Assembly: GCA_964422775.1 (NCBI GenBank)
Contig: CAYRCO010000002.1
Span: 1-46,669, forward strand
Direction: 5' to 3'
DNA: 46,669 nucleotides
Source: an uncultured Rhodovibrio sp.
GTDB lineage: Bacteria; Pseudomonadota; Alphaproteobacteria; Kiloniellales; Rhodovibrionaceae
The position numbers were made by a program, and so were the translations under genes. The notes beneath the pieces are model-generated. The model saw only the letters and a list, made by a program, of their open reading frames with translations, was not told where the DNA came from and made no database searches. Below, one piece after another: positions 27,776-35,992 of the stretch. Position 1 is the first letter of the stretch, and every line of letters begins with the position of its first letter.

Positions 27776-28509
27776 GCGGCGAGGCGCGCATGCGCGAGAC
27801 GGCCGTCCACCCGGCCGCGGCGGGCGATCCCGGGCCGGGGCTGCTGCGCGGCTTCGCCCGGGTGGTGGCGCGCGACCTGCGGCTCGCCCTGCGCCAGCGC
27901 GGCGACGCGCTCTTGGCCGTGCTGTTCTTCGTGCTGACCGCGATGCTGTTCCCCTTCGGCATCGGACAGGAGCCGAACCTGCTGCAGCGGATCGCGCCCG
28001 GCGTGGTCTGGGTGACCGCGCTGCTCGCGGTGCTGCTGTCGCTGGAGCGCCTGTTCCTGCGCGATTACGAAGACGGCTCGCTGGAGTTGATGGCGCTGTC
28101 GCCGGTGCCGCTGCCGGTGATCGTGCTCGCCAAGGTGACCGCGCATTGGCTGACCACAGGGCTGCCGCTGCTGGCGGCGGCCCCGATCATCGCGCTGATG
28201 TACGGCCTGCCGGCGGAAGGCTACGGCATCCTGCTGGGGGCGATGGCGCTCGGCACGCCGACCCTGAGCCTGATCGGCGCGGTCGGCGCGGCGCTGACCC
28301 TGGGGGCGCGCCGGGGCGGGGTGCTGATCCCGCTCTTGGTGCTGCCGCTCTACATCCCGGTGCTGATCTTCGGCGTCTCCGCGGTCGACGCGGAAATGGC
28401 GGGGCTGAGCGCCCGGCCGCAACTGCTGCTGATGGGGGCGGGGCTGTTGGCGGCGATCGCGCTCGCCCCCTGGGCGGCGGCCGGCGCCGTGCGCCAGGCG
28501 GTCGAATAA
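27772..28509 (+). CDS. ccmB: Heme exporter protein B
   Basis: RDLRLA, LFPFG, DYEDGSLE, AKVTAHW, LPLYIPVLIFG. Confidence 0.96.
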   Translation: MSGEARMRETAVHPAAAGDPGPGLLRGFARVVARDLRLALRQRGDALLAVLFFVLTAMLFPFGIGQEPNLLQRIAPGVVWVTALLAVLLSLERLFLRDYEDGSLELMALSPVPLPVIVLAKVTAHWLTTGLPLLAAAPIIALMYGLPAEGYGILLGAMALGTPTLSLIGAVGAALTLGARRGGVLIPLLVLPLYIPVLIFGVSAVDAEMAGLSARPQLLLMGAGLLAAIALAPWAAAGAVRQAVE

Positions 28510-28634
28510 GGCGCGCCACGCCGCCCGATGGCGTGGAAACCTGCCGGTGCGCCCTTTTGTCCTAGTCGACTTTGGGCTATTGAGGAAATAGCGCCGACTG
28601 GCCATCTGATGACACAGGACGATGTAAGGGTGGA

Positions 28635-29435
28635 TTGACGGTGAGTACCCAGGCGGCCGCACCGCGGAAGACGCGCTCTCTGCACCGCTTCGCCAACCCC
28701 GGGCGCTTCCTGCGCCTGGCGGATGCCACCCTGCCGTGGCTTTGGATGGCCTGCGCGGTGGCGCTAGCGGTCGGCCTGTTCGGCGCGTTCAGCGCCCCGG
28801 TCGACTACCAGCAGGGCACCAGCGTGCGGATCATGTACGTCCACGTGCCGGCCGCATGGCTGTCGATGTTCATCTACACCACGATCGCGGTGGCAAGCGC
28901 GGTGGCGCTGGTCTGGCGGCATCCGCTGGCCGACCTGGCGGCGCGTGCGGCCTCGCCGGTGGGCGCGTCGTTCACCATGCTGTGTCTGATCACCGGCTCG
29001 CTCTGGGGCAAGCCGATGTGGGGCACCTGGTGGGTCTGGGACGCGCGCCTGACGAGCGTGCTGGTGCTGTTCTTCCTGTACCTCGGCCACATGGCGATCG
29101 CCAACGCCTTCGACGACGCCGGCCGCGGCCGCCGGGCGGCAGCGATCCTAGCGCTGGTCGGCTTCGTCAACGTGCCGATCATCAAGTTCTCGGTCGACTG
29201 GTGGAACACCCTGCACCAGACCGCCAGCGTCAGCCGGATCGGCACGCCGGCGATCCACCCCTCGATGCTCTGGCCGCTGCTCACCATGGCGCTCGGCTTC
29301 ACGCTGTTCTTCGCCGCGATCCTGCTGGTGCGAATGAAGAACGAACTCTACGGCCAGCGCCTGCGCAACCTGCGCGCGGCCAGCCTGCAGCGCGGCGGCG
29401 CGGCTGCCGGCCGGCCGGCGCACGCGGAGAGCTAG
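28635..29435 (+). CDS. ccmC: Heme exporter protein C
   Basis: YVHVPAAW, WGKPMWGTWWVWDARLTS, WWNTLHQ; start TTG 28635 or GTG 28641. Confidence 0.97.
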   Translation: MTVSTQAAAPRKTRSLHRFANPGRFLRLADATLPWLWMACAVALAVGLFGAFSAPVDYQQGTSVRIMYVHVPAAWLSMFIYTTIAVASAVALVWRHPLADLAARAASPVGASFTMLCLITGSLWGKPMWGTWWVWDARLTSVLVLFFLYLGHMAIANAFDDAGRGRRAAAILALVGFVNVPIIKFSVDWWNTLHQTASVSRIGTPAIHPSMLWPLLTMALGFTLFFAAILLVRMKNELYGQRLRNLRAASLQRGGAAAGRPAHAES

Positions 29436-29439
29436 GGCC

Positions 29440-29646
29440 ATGGGCGTCGAACTGTTCGGCCAATACGCGGAATACGTCTGGCCGTCCTACGGCCTGACGC
29501 TCTTGGTGATGGGCGGGCTGCTGGCGTTCAGCCTGACCCGGCTGAAGCGCCTGAAGCGCGAACTGCGCGCGCTGGAGCAGGCCCAGGGCGGCCGGCGCCG
29601 CCGCCGGTCGGGCGGCACGGACACGGCCGACGATGAGGAGGCGTAA
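29440..29646 (+). CDS. ccmD: Heme exporter protein D
   Basis: YAEYVWPSYGLT, one TM, basic tail; lies between ccmC and ccmE. Confidence 0.9.
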   Translation: MGVELFGQYAEYVWPSYGLTLLVMGGLLAFSLTRLKRLKRELRALEQAQGGRRRRRSGGTDTADDEEA

Positions 29647-29652
29647 GAGATC

Positions 29653-30144
29653 ATGAGGTCGCGCAAGAAGAAGCGGCTCTCCCTGCTCGCCTGCGGTATG
29701 CTGGCGCTCGCCGGTGCCGCGGCGCTGACGCTGTCGGCGTTCGAGGACAACATCGTGTTCTTCCACGGGCCGACCGAGGTGGCGCAGAAGGAGATCCCGC
29801 TGGACCGCCGCTTCCGCATGGGCGGCTTGGTGAAGGAGGGCTCGGTCAAGAAGATCGACGACGGGGCCACGGTCAGCTTCAAGGTGACCGACGGGGCGCA
29901 TGCGGTCCCGGTGCGCTATCGCGGCATCCTGCCCGACCTGTTCCGCGAAGGGCAGGGCGTGGTCACCCACGGTACGCTCAACCCGCAGGGCGTGTTCGTC
30001 GCCGATGAGGTGCTGGCCAAGCACGACGAGAACTACATGCCGCCCGAGGTCGCGCAGGCCCTGAAGGATTCCGGCCAGTGGGAGGGCGACGGCCCGATGC
30101 CGGAGGCCGCGAGGTCGGGCGTGTCCACGAGTTACAGCAACTGA
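29653..30144 (+). CDS. ccmE: Cytochrome c maturation heme chaperone
   Basis: RMGGLV, GILPDLFREGQG, LAKHDENYMP. Confidence 0.97.
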   Translation: MRSRKKKRLSLLACGMLALAGAAALTLSAFEDNIVFFHGPTEVAQKEIPLDRRFRMGGLVKEGSVKKIDDGATVSFKVTDGAHAVPVRYRGILPDLFREGQGVVTHGTLNPQGVFVADEVLAKHDENYMPPEVAQALKDSGQWEGDGPMPEAARSGVSTSYSN

Positions 30145-30172
30145 CGCGCAGTCCCGCGCGATTGAGCCCAGC

Positions 30173-30787
30173 ATGACCAGCGAGCAGGACACCCGGACCG
30201 GCGGCGAGGCCGGCAGCAACGAGGACGGCGGCTCCCAGTGGGGCAAGCGCCTGTTGTTCCTGCTGCCGGTGATCGTGTTCCTGATCGTCGCCGGCTACTT
30301 TGCCTGGGGCCTCCTGTCCGGCCGCGACCCGAGCGAGGTGCCGTCGGCCCTGATCGACAAGCCGGTGCCGCAGTTCGACCTGCAGCCGGTCGAGGGGCTG
30401 GACAGTCCGGGCCTTAAGACCGCCGATCTGACCGGGGCCGACAAGCCGGTGCTGCTCAACGTCTGGGCCAGCTGGTGCGTGCCCTGCCGGGCCGAGCACC
30501 CGATCCTGATGCGTCTCGCCGAACGCGACGGGGTCACCGTCCACGGCATCAACTACAAGGACAAGCCAGCGGACGCGCAGCGGTTCATCGGCAACCTGGG
30601 CAACCCCTATACCCGGATCGGCGCCGACCCCACCGGGCGCGCGGGCATCCAGCTGGGCGTCTACGGCGTGCCGGAGACGTACGTGATCGGACCCAGCGGC
30701 AAAATCCGCTACAAGCACACCGGCCCGATCGACAGCAAGGCGCTCAACGAGAAGATCCTGCCCCTGCTGGAACGCCTGGGCGGGTAA
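30173..30787 (+). CDS. ccmG: Thiol:disulfide interchange protein CcmG/DsbE
   Basis: PSALIDKP, NVWASWCVPCRAEHP, GINYKD, GVYGVPETY. Confidence 0.95.
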   Translation: MTSEQDTRTGGEAGSNEDGGSQWGKRLLFLLPVIVFLIVAGYFAWGLLSGRDPSEVPSALIDKPVPQFDLQPVEGLDSPGLKTADLTGADKPVLLNVWASWCVPCRAEHPILMRLAERDGVTVHGINYKDKPADAQRFIGNLGNPYTRIGADPTGRAGIQLGVYGVPETYVIGPSGKIRYKHTGPIDSKALNEKILPLLERLGG

Positions 30788-30814
30788 TTTTTCGACGACG
30801 CCCCACCGCGTTCG

Positions 30815-31010
30815 CATCGTGTGAAGAGCGTCTCAGCGGTTCCTCTCCCTTGAGGGAGGCTTTTGCGCGGCTGTGCCGATACCCGTCTGGGATCCCGCGA
30901 GACGCCCCGATGCGCGGGGTTCCTCAGGATGAAGCTTCAGGGTTTTTCAGTAAGATAACAATAGCTTCATGGTAACGAGCGGCCTGACAAGGCCGCGTCG
31001 CGCGAAGCAT
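30815..31010. repeat. Degenerate CGTC-type palindromic repeat remnants
   Basis: ATCCCGCGAGACGC...TCCTCAGGATGA (30892-30932) and an opposed TCATGGTAACGAGCGGCC...GGCCGCGTCGCGCGAAGCA (30967-31009); family assignment from recall. Confidence 0.45.
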
Positions 31011-31215
31011 CCCTGACGGGTGGTGAGGCGCCAGTGCAACCCTCCTCCCCTCCAGGGCGAAGGGACGATCCCCGCGGCCCATGCATGGCTCCTGTTTTCG
31101 CTTTGCATGGCTGCGCCGTGGGGACTAGCCTCGCACGCGGTTAAGGGGCTTGTTCCAAGAGGCAAGGGAGGCCGCGCGCACGTTGGCGCAGCAGCAGGCG
31201 GAGGCAGTGGCCCGG

Positions 31216-31992
31216 ATGCCGGGCTCGGACACGCAGGCCCTCGACATCCGGGAGGTGCACAAGCGCTTCGGGTCGCTGGAGGTGCTCAAGGGCGTCTCGC
31301 TGACCGCGCGCAAGGGCGACGTGACCGCGCTGATCGGCTCGTCCGGTTCGGGCAAAAGCACCTTCCTGCGCTGCATCAACCTGCTCGAGGTCCCCGACCA
31401 GGGCCGGATCGTGGTCGCCGGCGAGGAAGTTCAGCTCAGCACGGACAAAAAGGGCCAGGCCGCGCCCGCCGACTGGGCGCAGGTCAACCGCATCCGCACC
31501 CGCCTCGGCATGGTGTTCCAGAACTTCAACCTCTGGACCCACATGACCGTCCTGGAGAACCTGATCGAGGCGCCGGTCCATGTGCAGAAGCGCGACAAGG
31601 CCGAAGCCACCCAGCGTGCGCACGAACTGCTCGCCAAGGTGGGCATCCCGGAGAAGGCGCACCACTTCCCCGCCCACCTGTCCGGCGGCCAGCAGCAGCG
31701 CGCCGCGATCGCCCGCGCGCTCGCCATGGAACCTACGGTGATGCTGTTCGACGAGCCCACGAGCGCGCTCGACCCCGAGCTGGTCGGCGAGGTGCTGCGG
31801 GTGATGCGCCAGCTGGCGGACGAAGGGCGCACGATGGTGATCGTCACCCACGAGATGAGCTTCGCACGGGAGGTCGCCTCCGAGGTGATCTTCCTGCACG
31901 AAGGGCGGGTCGAGGAACGCGGCCCGCCGAGCCAGGTGTTCGACGCGCCGAAGTCCGAGCGCTGTCGACAGTTCCTGCAATCCACCGGCTGA
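31216..31992 (+). CDS. Polar amino-acid ABC transporter ATP-binding protein (HisP/AotP-like)
   Basis: GSSGSGKSTFLRCINLLE, MVFQNFNLW, LSGGQQQR, LFDEPTSALDPE; start may be TTG 31183. Confidence 0.95.
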   Translation: MPGSDTQALDIREVHKRFGSLEVLKGVSLTARKGDVTALIGSSGSGKSTFLRCINLLEVPDQGRIVVAGEEVQLSTDKKGQAAPADWAQVNRIRTRLGMVFQNFNLWTHMTVLENLIEAPVHVQKRDKAEATQRAHELLAKVGIPEKAHHFPAHLSGGQQQRAAIARALAMEPTVMLFDEPTSALDPELVGEVLRVMRQLADEGRTMVIVTHEMSFAREVASEVIFLHEGRVEERGPPSQVFDAPKSERCRQFLQSTG

Positions 31993-32060
31993 GCGGTGTC
32001 GCCACCGCGCGCAGACCGGAAAGACGCGTCAAAGACAGAGAAGACAGGGAGAGCGAAACC

Positions 32061-32852
32061 ATGCGCACCAAGCTGACGGCGGTCGCCGCCGCCTGCGCGA
32101 TGGCCTTTACCGCCGGCACCGCGAGTGCCGCGATCGAGGGCTGCCCGGATCAGATCACGGTCGGTACCGAGGGCGCCTATCCGCCGTTCAACTACATCGA
32201 CGAGAGCGGCGATCTGCAGGGCTTCGACATCGATATCGCGAACGCGCTGTGCGAGGAGATCGGGGCGGACTGCACCTTCAAGACCCAGGACTGGGCCGGC
32301 ATCATCCCGGGCCTCCTGGCGAAGAAGTACGACGCCATCATCGCCTCGATGTCGATCACCGAGGAGCGCGCCAAGAAGGTCGACTTCACCGAGAAGTACT
32401 ACCAGTCGCCCGCACGCTTCATCGGTCCCGAGGGGATGGACGTCGAGATCTCCGAGGAGGGTCTCGAGGGCATGACCGTGGGCGTGCAGCGCGCCACCGT
32501 GTCCGAGAACTTCCTGCGCGGCGAGTTCGAGGACGTGGTCGACATCCGCACCTACGACACCCAGGAAGAGGCCACGCTCGACCTGACCAGCGGGCGCGTC
32601 GACCTCGTGGTCGCCGACGCGATCAAGCTGTCCGAGGGCTTCCTGTCGTCCGACGCGGGCGATGCCTACGAGTTCAAGGGCCCGTCGTTCGCCCAGGAAA
32701 AATACTTCGGCAAGGGCATCGGCATCGCCGTGCGTCCGGGCGAGGACACCCTGCGGCAGTGCTTCAACACGGCGATCGACAACATCCGCGAGGATGGCAC
32801 CTACGACGCGATCAGCCAGGAGCACTTCGGCATGAACATCTACGGCGGCTAA
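32061..32852 (+). CDS. Basic amino-acid ABC substrate-binding protein (HisJ/ArgT-like)
   Basis: Signal peptide; TEGAYPPF, GFDIDI, ASMSITEER, VDFT; SD AGGGAG. Confidence 0.95.
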   Translation: MRTKLTAVAAACAMAFTAGTASAAIEGCPDQITVGTEGAYPPFNYIDESGDLQGFDIDIANALCEEIGADCTFKTQDWAGIIPGLLAKKYDAIIASMSITEERAKKVDFTEKYYQSPARFIGPEGMDVEISEEGLEGMTVGVQRATVSENFLRGEFEDVVDIRTYDTQEEATLDLTSGRVDLVVADAIKLSEGFLSSDAGDAYEFKGPSFAQEKYFGKGIGIAVRPGEDTLRQCFNTAIDNIREDGTYDAISQEHFGMNIYGG

Positions 32853-32872
32853 CCGCCGGTTCGTGTTAGCTG

Positions 32873-32985
32873 ATTCCCCTCCTCCACTGGGAGGAGGGGC
32901 TAGGGGAGGAGGGACCACGGGCGTTCGCGCCGCGGGCAACCTCCTCTCCCTAACCCTCTCCTCCCAGGTGGAGGAGAGGGGATAA
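32873..32985 (-). repeat. CCCTCTCC/GGAGAGGG-family palindromic repeat
   Basis: Inverted near-copy of 14870-14980. Confidence 0.85.
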
Positions 32986-33027
32986 GTTGGCGCCCGTTTC
33001 TCGCCTCATCGAGCGGGCCTGCCGCGA

Positions 33028-33156
33028 TCCCCTCTCCCTCGATGGGAGAGGGGGCCCGCGGACCGCAGGTCCGTGTGAGGGTGGGGGTGGGACTCCCGGG
33101 CGCGCGCCGAGGAATCCCACCCTCACCCTAGCCCTCTCCCCTCGAGGGAGAGGGAA
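33028..33156. repeat. Related palindromic repeat subfamily
   Basis: CCCCTCTCCCTCGATGGGAGAGGGG...GTGAGGGTGGG...CCCACCCTCAC...CCCTCTCCCCTCGAGGGAGAGGG. Confidence 0.8.
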
Positions 33157-33219
33157 CCCGCCGCGACGCCCGTTTCCTGTCGACACGCTCCCGCCATCCA
33201 TCCGTCAGAGCCGCACCCG

Positions 33220-33909
33220 TTGTTCGATCTGCAAGACTACGGACCGCTGCTGCTGGAAGGCTTCAAGCTGACCGTGCTGGTCGGCGTGGCCTCGATGGCG
33301 CTTGCGATCCTGCTGGGGATCGTCGGCGCCTGGGCCAAGGTGACGCCGGTGCGCGCGGTCAACTGGATGGCGGGCGTCTACACCACGGTGGTGCGCGGCG
33401 TGCCCGAACTGGTGCTGATCCTGCTGGTCTATTACGGCGTGCCCACCCTGATCCAGGACGCGGCGACCGGGCTCGGCTACGACATCCGGGTCGACCTGAA
33501 CCCGTTCGCCTCGGGCGTGCTCACCATCGGGTTCATCTACGGCGCCTTTTCGACCGAGGTATTCCGCGGCGCCTACCTCGCCGTGCCGGCGGGGCAGATG
33601 GAGGCGGCGCGCGCCTGCGGCATGACCCGGCTGATGGCCGCCCGGCGGATCCTGCTGCCGCAGATGTGGCGCTACGCGATCCCGGGGCTGGGCAACGTCT
33701 GGATGGTGCTGATCAAGGCGACCGCGCTGATCTCGGTGATCGAGCTGCAGGAGCTGATGCGCGCGGCCCAGGTGGCAGCCCAGGCGACCCGCCTGCCGTT
33801 CACCTTCTTCGCCGCCGCGGCCGTGCTGTACCTGCTGCTGACGATCGTCTCGATGGCGCTGCAGCAGCGCCTGGAGACCTGGGCCAACCGCGGCGTGCAG
33901 CGGGCATAG
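33220..33909 (+). CDS. Amino-acid ABC permease (HisQ-like)
   Basis: RGVPEL, EVFRGA, GQMEAA, PGLGN, KATAL; TTG start. Confidence 0.93.
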   Translation: MFDLQDYGPLLLEGFKLTVLVGVASMALAILLGIVGAWAKVTPVRAVNWMAGVYTTVVRGVPELVLILLVYYGVPTLIQDAATGLGYDIRVDLNPFASGVLTIGFIYGAFSTEVFRGAYLAVPAGQMEAARACGMTRLMAARRILLPQMWRYAIPGLGNVWMVLIKATALISVIELQELMRAAQVAAQATRLPFTFFAAAAVLYLLLTIVSMALQQRLETWANRGVQRA

Positions 33910-33918
33910 GGGCGGGCG

Positions 33919-34635
33919 ATGGACTGGCAGGTCATCATCGATTCGCTCCCGGAACTGATGGGCGGGATGTGGCTGACCATCCAGATCACCGCGCTGTCGG
34001 TCATGATCGGGCTGGTGATCGCGGTGCCGCTCGCGATCCTGCGCCTGCACCCGAACCCGGCGATCTGGACCCCGATCTACGCCTTCATCTTCTTCTTCCG
34101 CGGCACGCCGCTGCTGGTCCAGCTGTTCCTGATTTACTACGGTAGCGGCCAGTTCTCCGCCGAGCTGCGCGCGGTCGGCCTGTGGACGTTCTTCCGGGAA
34201 GCCTACTTCTGCGGCGTGCTCACCCTGACGCTCAACACCGCGGCCTACACCGCGGAGATCCTGCGCGGTGCGATCCAGGGGGTTCCGAGGGGCGAGGTCG
34301 AGGCCGCGCGCGCCTGCGGCATGAGCGGCCGGCTGCTGTACCGCCGGATCATCATGCCCAAGGCTTTCCGGCTGGCCTGGCCCGCCTATACCAACGAGGT
34401 CATTTTCCTGTTGCAGGCGACCTCGCTCGTCTCGGTGATCACGTTGATGGACATCACCGGCGTCGCCAGCAAGATCGCCGCCAGCACCTTCGCCTTCTAC
34501 GAGCTGTACCTGACGGCCGCGGCGCTCTACCTGGTGCTGGTCTACGGCCTGCTCGCGGTGTTCAAGCGGATCGAGTACCGCCTGTCCGGCCACCTGCGCG
34601 CGGCCAAGGATACGCAAGGCCCGGCGCTGCGCTAG
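33919..34635 (+). CDS. Amino-acid ABC permease (HisM-like)
   Basis: FRGTPLLVQLFLIYYG, NTAAYTAEI, GEVEAA, PAYTNE. Confidence 0.94.
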   Translation: MDWQVIIDSLPELMGGMWLTIQITALSVMIGLVIAVPLAILRLHPNPAIWTPIYAFIFFFRGTPLLVQLFLIYYGSGQFSAELRAVGLWTFFREAYFCGVLTLTLNTAAYTAEILRGAIQGVPRGEVEAARACGMSGRLLYRRIIMPKAFRLAWPAYTNEVIFLLQATSLVSVITLMDITGVASKIAASTFAFYELYLTAAALYLVLVYGLLAVFKRIEYRLSGHLRAAKDTQGPALR

Positions 34636-34657
34636 CGCAGCCGGCCCACCCCGCGCC

Positions 34658-35434
34658 ATGCCCGACACGATCGTCATCCAGAGCCACGCGCCCGACCCGC
34701 CGGCGTGGCTCGCGGCCTGCCTGGACAGCGTCGCGCACTGGGCGGCCGGCGCCGGGGTCGCGCACCGGGTGGCGGGCGACGATTTCCTGGCCCGGGTGCC
34801 GGCCGACCTCAGCCGCAAGGCCCAGGGCCGCACGCAGGTGGTGGCCGACCTCGCCCGGCTGGACTGGATCGCCGAACTCTTGGGCGAAGGCTGGGCGCGG
34901 GTGATCTGGCTCGACGCCGACGTGCTGGTGTTCGCGCCCGACCGGCTCAGCGACGCGCTGGCGCTGCCCGCCTCCGGCTATCTGTTCGGGCGGGAGGTCT
35001 GGGTCCAGCCAGACGCGCAGGCACGGCCGCGGGGCCGGCGCAACCTGCACAACGCCGTGCTGGCGTTCGCGCCCGGCAATCCGGTCCTGGACTTCTACCG
35101 GCACGCCGCCCAGCGCGTGCTGGCCCGCCACGACGGCCCGCCGGTGCCCCAGCTGATCGGGCCGAAGCTGCTGACCGCGCTCGACAACATGATCCAGCTG
35201 GACGCCACCTGGGCGGTCGGTATGGCGAGCCCGATGGTCGTGCGCGACCTTGCCGCCGGCGGCGGGCCGGCGCTGACGTGCCTCAAGGCAACCGCGCCCA
35301 CGCCGCCGGCCGCGCTCAACCTTTGCGCGTCCCTGGCGGGGCGGGAGGCCGATGGGATCACGCTCAGGGACGGCGACCTGGCGGATGCGGTGCGTGCGTT
35401 ACGTCGGACGGGCGATGTCTTGCTGGCCGGCTAA
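34658..35434 (+). CDS. Hypothetical protein, possible GT-A glycosyltransferase (DXD motif)
   Basis: ADLARL followed by VIWLDADVLV, HNAVL and GPKLLT, a pattern resembling GT32-like DXD enzymes. Confidence 0.55.
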   Translation: MPDTIVIQSHAPDPPAWLAACLDSVAHWAAGAGVAHRVAGDDFLARVPADLSRKAQGRTQVVADLARLDWIAELLGEGWARVIWLDADVLVFAPDRLSDALALPASGYLFGREVWVQPDAQARPRGRRNLHNAVLAFAPGNPVLDFYRHAAQRVLARHDGPPVPQLIGPKLLTALDNMIQLDATWAVGMASPMVVRDLAAGGGPALTCLKATAPTPPAALNLCASLAGREADGITLRDGDLADAVRALRRTGDVLLAG

Positions 35435-35523
35435 CGCTTTCGCCTGCACCTGATCCGGGATGCCACAAGCTGTTCACGGGCTCGCCTCTACTACGCCCGT
35501 TTTACCGGTATATATTGCAGCCC

Positions 35524-35907
35524 ATGAGCACGCATGTCCTTTTGGTCGAAGACGACAGCGACTTCGCCGAGTCGGTGAGCGCCAACCTGGAATACGCCGG
35601 CTACGGCGTGACCGGGATCGCGCGCACCGGTCTCGATGCGTTTCAGCTGTGCGAGAAGCGCAAACCCGACATCGCCCTGATCGACATCGGGCTCGAAGGC
35701 GCCTTCGACGGCATCTTCCTGGGCGAGCAGCTGGCCGAACGGGGGATCGCCGTGATCTACCTGACTGGCCGGTTCGACCGGGCGCTGAAGGAAGGGCGCG
35801 AGCACGCTGCCGGGCTGCTCGCCAAGCCCTGCTCGCTGGCCGACCTGACGGCCGCGATCGATAGCGCGATGGCGCCGCGGTCGCACGAACAGCGCGCGTC
35901 CAACTAA
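35524..35907 (+). CDS. Single-domain response regulator
   Basis: VLLVEDD, PDIALIDI, DGI, IYLTG, KP. Confidence 0.9.
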   Translation: MSTHVLLVEDDSDFAESVSANLEYAGYGVTGIARTGLDAFQLCEKRKPDIALIDIGLEGAFDGIFLGEQLAERGIAVIYLTGRFDRALKEGREHAAGLLAKPCSLADLTAAIDSAMAPRSHEQRASN

Positions 35908-35992
35908 CCCGCGCCGCCTCGGGCCGGCTGACCGCCCGGAATCGCGGGCGGCCCCCTCGCGTCTATGCGTGCGTTTGGCTATAACCCGCGCC

